A stretch of 62,764 bases of DNA, from the IMG/VR virus record IMGVR_UViG_3300020171_000027, positions 1 to 62,764 of that record. The stretch is one strand, 5' to 3'. This stretch comes from a virus (lineage: Duplodnaviria > Caudoviricetes). The notes under the pieces are model-generated. The model saw only the letters and a program-made list of their open reading frames with translations. It searched no databases and had not been told where the DNA came from. Of this stretch, positions 60,001 through 62,764 are shown piece by piece (the stretch's first letter is position 1; each line of letters begins with the position of its first letter). A program made the position numbers and the translations under genes.

Positions 60001-62764
60001 ATTTCTCCTTCACCTTCGTCAATCATTTTCCCCCATTCTTTATCTATGCTTTCTACTAATTCTATTGCTTCAACTATATCTTTAGAACGGGCTAATCCTG
60101 TAAAGTCTGCTATTTTAACATCTTCACTTATACGACTTTCTAATATCCTTTCACCGCCCCTAAGTCTTCCGAAATATCCAGCGTCTTCTGCTTTTTCTGA
60201 AAAGAATATGGCTTTAGCTTTAGAAGGTTTCTCCCCAAAAATACCTTGAGCATATCTTTCGCCAAAATCTAATTCTTCAAAATCTCTGGCAGTTGCGTGA
60301 TACAATACTTTTGGGATTTGTTTGGTAGCATACTTAGGCAGTTCTCCGGCTGGTTTTTCGGCAGGCTTGGCTTTCTTTGTTTCTTCAAGTTCATTGAGAT
60401 GTTTTAAAGCCATAGTATAATCATGGTTAGCATCACTCAAGGCATTTTCTAATTCACGACCTGAACGTTTAATTCCTGTTTCTTCATTTATTTGTCCAAG
60501 AGTAAGTGTTTTTGCTTTATAGCTATCTACATAATCTTGAAGTTCAGCAACAGTTTCCATGCGATATTCAACCATAGACCTTGCATGTTCTATGTCTGTG
60601 GCTTCTATTTCTTTATATGCTTCTTCAATATAGTCCTTACCTGCAACTTTCTGAATTGCATCTTTAACAGGCTTAGATATGTTTTGAGAAAGTAACCAGT
60701 TTTGGAATGGGTTTAATTTAATATTGCCGGTTATATTTCTTGCTTCTGTATCAGCAACTTCTTTGAAAAGTCTGTCTATGCCAGCAGGTTTTAGATTTTC
60801 AGGTGCAACACCTAATATTTTCTCAAATTGTTTTACTGGAAGTGCTGCACCTGCTGATTTTTTAGGCTTAAACTTTGGACTTATAATTGAAGAAGGAAAT
60901 GCGCTTTCAACACGTTTTTGGAAATCAAATAATTCGCTACCTTTAATCTCAAATGTTCCATCATTGGGAACTTCAAAAGTATAAACAGTTTTAACGTCAG
61001 TTAAAGGATTAATACCAGCCTTTATAAATTTTCTGGCTTCTTCCATTGTGTTATCAAACTCAGACTCTTTTAATCCACTCTCAATCGCCTTATCAATCTC
61101 AGCTATTAAATATTCTTTCTGTTGTTTTGGGGTTAAGGCGGCTTCTTCTTTTTTAGTAAGGTCAACTGTTACTTCCTTGCCTTCGGGTGTAGTTTCGATT
61201 TCTACTTTTGCCTTAGGTAGTTTGCCAGCTTGAATAGCTTTTTCAACTTGCCTTTGATGAGTTATGGTATATTTTTCTTTCCAATTCATTAAGTATAGAT
61301 TTCTTGCTTCACCTGTAAGTTTTATCTTGCCCTTTAAATCTTCGAGTTTTCCTTGAACATATTCGCTCTCGGTCATTTCGTAGATTTCTTTTGCCTCCGG
61401 TTTTTCGGCAACTTCAACCTTTCGCTTTGCTTCCATACCAGCTATTCTTTTAGCTTGTTCATCCCTCTCCCGTAATCTGCCTCCCTTTTCAAGAGCTACT
61501 ATTTGACTGCTTGGTATTTCGATTGTGTTTTTTGAACCATCGGGTTGAATAACTATAGTATCGGTATCAGATTGTATTTCCTTAACATCACCATAGAATT
61601 CTTGCCCACCTGAGTTTTTAAATTTAACATAATCACCGGCATACAGCTTTGCTTTTTCGGCAACTTCGACTTTTGCTTCTTTTGCTATCGCTGCTTGATA
61701 TTCAGCTTTTTCTTTAGCATTACGTTCACGATATTCCTTAACTTTGTCCTCGGCAGTTTTCTCGCCATATTTGTAAAAACCATAAAGTTCAAATGTAGAG
61801 TCAGGCAAAGACTTCCTTTCTTTATATGCCTTTTCTGAAGCGTCCATGTGTTCTCTTACGGTAGCTTTTCTTTTAGGATCTCTATTCTCTCTTTCAAAAA
61901 CTCCTTTAGATTTGAGATATTCATCTTGTGTCATCTCATAGATTTCTTTGCCTTCGACTTTTGCTTCTTTTGGGGCAGGCTTAGGTATAGGCTCGGTCTC
62001 AATCGTCAATCCTGCGAGGTCTGGCTTCGCCTCTGCTTTCTTTGCGGCTGGTTGTGGCTTTGCTGGCGCTAACTGTCTCCATTTCCCATTTTCAAATATC
62101 TCTATGTCTTGAGGCGGTATTGTGTCACCAAAATACCAAGTCTCTTTTCCTCTTAACCCCATTTGTTGTTCTTTAACATTACCCTTTAATGCACTTTTCT
62201 TTACTCGCAACATCGCTGAACTTAATTCTCCACTTGGCATCTGGCCGCCAAAACCTTCTGTTGCTTTTTCTGATTCTGCAAAGTAAACTCTTTTTAACTC
62301 ATCTGAAACATCGGCTACACCGTGAGGGTATTCTTCAGAATATTCTTTGGAAAGTCCTTCTTTAGTAATTGATTCAATATTCCTTTGAGACGAATTGTGA
62401 TATACATACTTATCATCTTCAGCAACTTCAAGTTTTACGGGTTCTTTCACCGCTTCCGCTTTCTCTGGCGCTGCTTCAGTCTTGACAAATTTATCTCCAA
62501 CTCTTTTATAGCCTTCTGGAATACCAGTAGTGAAACGAGGTTCTCCATTTTCATCAAGCACTTCCGATACGTCAAGAGGCTCTCCACGCTTCACCTTTTG
62601 GCTCACTTCTTGAAACAACTTATTATGTTCTATTGCTATGCTTGTCATTTGTTCGTGTTGCTTCTGTGTCAACCCACCATATTTGATTTTCTCGTATTGT
62701 TTTTTAGTTATTTGTTTAGATGCTAATGCTTCTTCTGGAGTAATATATTCAGGTTCTTTCACCG
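54069..62764 (-). CDS. Giant polyvalent ejection protein, C-terminal part (ART-PolyVal-like, LPD23-like and zincin domains)
   Basis: KWFGDSKVV...PLMVIH...GFWFT...PVYLSLQNP...GYDGII, WKETGW...WKWEIDD...LFKAYPEL, and HExxH motifs HEGWH, HEIQH and HELLH. Confidence 0.88.
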   Translation of the reverse strand, partial: VKEPEYITPEEALASKQITKKQYEKIKYGGLTQKQHEQMTSIAIEHNKLFQEVSQKVKRGEPLDVSEVLDENGEPRFTTGIPEGYKRVGDKFVKTEAAPEKAEAVKEPVKLEVAEDDKYVYHNSSQRNIESITKEGLSKEYSEEYPHGVADVSDELKRVYFAESEKATEGFGGQMPSGELSSAMLRVKKSALKGNVKEQQMGLRGKETWYFGDTIPPQDIEIFENGKWRQLAPAKPQPAAKKAEAKPDLAGLTIETEPIPKPAPKEAKVEGKEIYEMTQDEYLKSKGVFERENRDPKRKATVREHMDASEKAYKERKSLPDSTFELYGFYKYGEKTAEDKVKEYRERNAKEKAEYQAAIAKEAKVEVAEKAKLYAGDYVKFKNSGGQEFYGDVKEIQSDTDTIVIQPDGSKNTIEIPSSQIVALEKGGRLRERDEQAKRIAGMEAKRKVEVAEKPEAKEIYEMTESEYVQGKLEDLKGKIKLTGEARNLYLMNWKEKYTITHQRQVEKAIQAGKLPKAKVEIETTPEGKEVTVDLTKKEEAALTPKQQKEYLIAEIDKAIESGLKESEFDNTMEEARKFIKAGINPLTDVKTVYTFEVPNDGTFEIKGSELFDFQKRVESAFPSSIISPKFKPKKSAGAALPVKQFEKILGVAPENLKPAGIDRLFKEVADTEARNITGNIKLNPFQNWLLSQNISKPVKDAIQKVAGKDYIEEAYKEIEATDIEHARSMVEYRMETVAELQDYVDSYKAKTLTLGQINEETGIKRSGRELENALSDANHDYTMALKHLNELEETKKAKPAEKPAGELPKYATKQIPKVLYHATARDFEELDFGERYAQGIFGEKPSKAKAIFFSEKAEDAGYFGRLRGGERILESRISEDVKIADFTGLARSKDIVEAIELVESIDKEWGKMIDEGEGEIQGAFEDPAFIKNLKKAGYDGGRFVEPEGRGTTVAIINKDKIISTTPMEDTFYATKQRISDSEINLSQVRDIFKAPSGLSKDGNIWVKLKSGYGFQVKSVTHISENKLAFETARGRMRADGELIAGKFEDDTIEIVKGIGDKWTVAHEGWHIIRKLGLATPKELRVLKFKIRQLVRQGKFKTQNEKNIGGEEDQAYFMETEVRNRAKYKGTIRTILDKIADFIDSFVNLFTTTSRGITRQFESGAIFQREMGGEVSGINQFAQDVSFSLKKAVVNIRDNPKFVKWFGDSKVVNKKGEPLMVIHWTDTDFTVFDKEMLGFTTEINTDDINSLKMAKAGFWFTDQDISEQTATDIGMPVYLSLQNPKKWKGNFWSLGKNIEKIKKQGYDGIIVKDTEFGGTSYVAFEPTQIKSIFNTEFDPTNPDIRYAMAGKKAIGAPTGALVRAQEMLKEGKSEKEVWKETGWLKGVEKEETWKWEIDDSGAEIKETERTPAYIKINSKEIKTLDDLIDHKVLFKAYPELRKIKIRSDYIEDSKGEYEPETNSIVFPRGFMTKGKELKETLLHEIQHAIQEISGFARGSSPSEMAFKTAFKDTALIESYREAIDNYDKTKEGIAVEQEIYKWLADNKDYTNAQLKVEENRLKEKYPGYATVVSAMEEIQRQNKLPKNATEAYMNLAGEIEARDTSARAKLTAEERRETMPYEAQGIPREDWIVTDGEGTSFSIELKETIEQEARKYKTADEFVDSFGYFRRTNTESPFRDVNYAMFAEDRESISKYGKNLFVPNIIGKFNFVNISSVKDAFREQLLNPENEEILDSYRQSEEIEETAQKLSEELDSEDIVDSAGVFDSPELFDIFWEAIEDKGIDGIYTSDGMIVLNEEAILKESKIIDIWNKAQKEQPKYATKPAIEQDKLVRDLNTQLAKQLGKEWENAYVIEKDVPDATRSVARAFESVFKTKIITVTPTKEKFRRIGGQTYKGNLFIDPNAIKGFVQLAGHELLHKIKSDNSTLYNTFISKARLHFVEFEKFREAFDKTMLPGESSLPRDQIETELLADFTGDALADPDFLKYFARDDAGVFKRFMKTVISWLKGVSDKMSKEGFGSSKYFKDIIELREYLDGVLYAFATRDNVDAIDDVTPPIFSRVKADEYGVDYIKVLNRYEAKLKSAETKLEKIKTEKEILKRRREFIRAARDHFNLTDRELRQISGKDIRFMSNYEFKQYIDGIRLRAEKVEVRRQAMNELMSQIQEKELNIENLRKAMKLPTLKNMTVGQIRKLDEALEPFQKGDEFLSVRKLEVVDRTELKGIKTWREARERLSEKLGVPVKELQSIKVSEFDRFRYETGLAEKNIFYKMMVEETAKRMLVSEAEYLKIEKDIFALAKKLKGVGFFVPQHKNIRKFMEAPANEKAEVGLSEAEMAMAEYMTRHFSDARDYLLQIEAMNMGKENYFTHVRRGILEATKEDGIIKAVKEQFESYKLDEQAFNILDKETGQILAMDKFFKFAMHRTGKLKPTENVVKAFLTYMRTFKKKQALDEITPLIDIYAHALTPKGMTKKGLLLHGNLIKFVKEWINTQKGRHITLIAKQNGKIDAALRAIKMFTSLRDLGLNIPVSVATEVGEQITTYQLLGKRKFVVGKLRQNTKQGKSIIEKYRNLIGKNPWEELAEPAKEVGDRLMEGIFVLFKDASVRSNKTFLLGSLSKEEFKAGEISPEKLAALRTELGRYRMVGGMKSVIGATPEGRAYTQYKRWAIPILRTTIQNLGNLGKKLTFQKPSEAEFKKSMVELYRLVEITAFVMLTFGMVRDEDDESFVGKIINKAYREATTLIQALQPSMFLTAGRTASFVEKLGINLTLILQGEQYKTTDEYKGIKKLKKQFTPVAISQFTGSDEEFWDNKLRKKKAKLNEINDALETSKDKAEFRREYRKELAELRRLNKFQGGLNIYRKRINKLKSMEETEIRSKMIQRLEKQRTEKIKRYLEKE
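62638..62764. repeat. Terminal direct repeat, right copy (circular assembly overlap)
   Basis: Identical to 1-127. Confidence 0.95.

Noticed and set aside
1-62764. Stop-codon reassignment
   Set aside because: Core genes are intact in the standard code, and TAA, TAG and TGA all serve as stops.

Overview
This window is the complete, circularly permuted genome of a short-tailed dsDNA phage with P22/BPP-1-like podovirus gene order. Bases 1-127 are identical to 62638-62764, so the unit length is about 62,637 bp. The minus strand carries the late operon: small and large (PBSX-type) terminase, portal, scaffold, N4-gp56-type major capsid protein, capsid fibre/decoration proteins, adaptor, nozzle, tail fibre, GNAT, internal virion proteins and a ~3,388-aa polyvalent ejection protein that crosses the contig junction. 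After it come a DUF1566 receptor-binding protein and a lysis block. The minus strand also carries a replication block (initiator, SF2 helicase, primase), a DNA methyltransferase, a DUF5131 radical SAM protein and a Cro-like regulator. The plus strand carries two early operons, one with ERF, YqaJ exonuclease and SSB. I found no integrase, reverse transcriptase, tRNA or CRISPR array. Most notable: (1) two arrays of integron-style cassettes with attC-like sites and matching cassette-end inverted repeats but no integron integrase, carrying typical phage genes and one ORF-less structured cassette; (2) a diversity-generating retroelement remnant, with target and truncated avd kept and TR and RT lost; (3) three stacked versions of the portal C-terminus separated by small cargo genes; (4) a candidate anti-Shine-Dalgarno sRNA and several pseudoknotted leader RNAs. 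All product calls come from motif recognition and synteny by eye; no searches were run.
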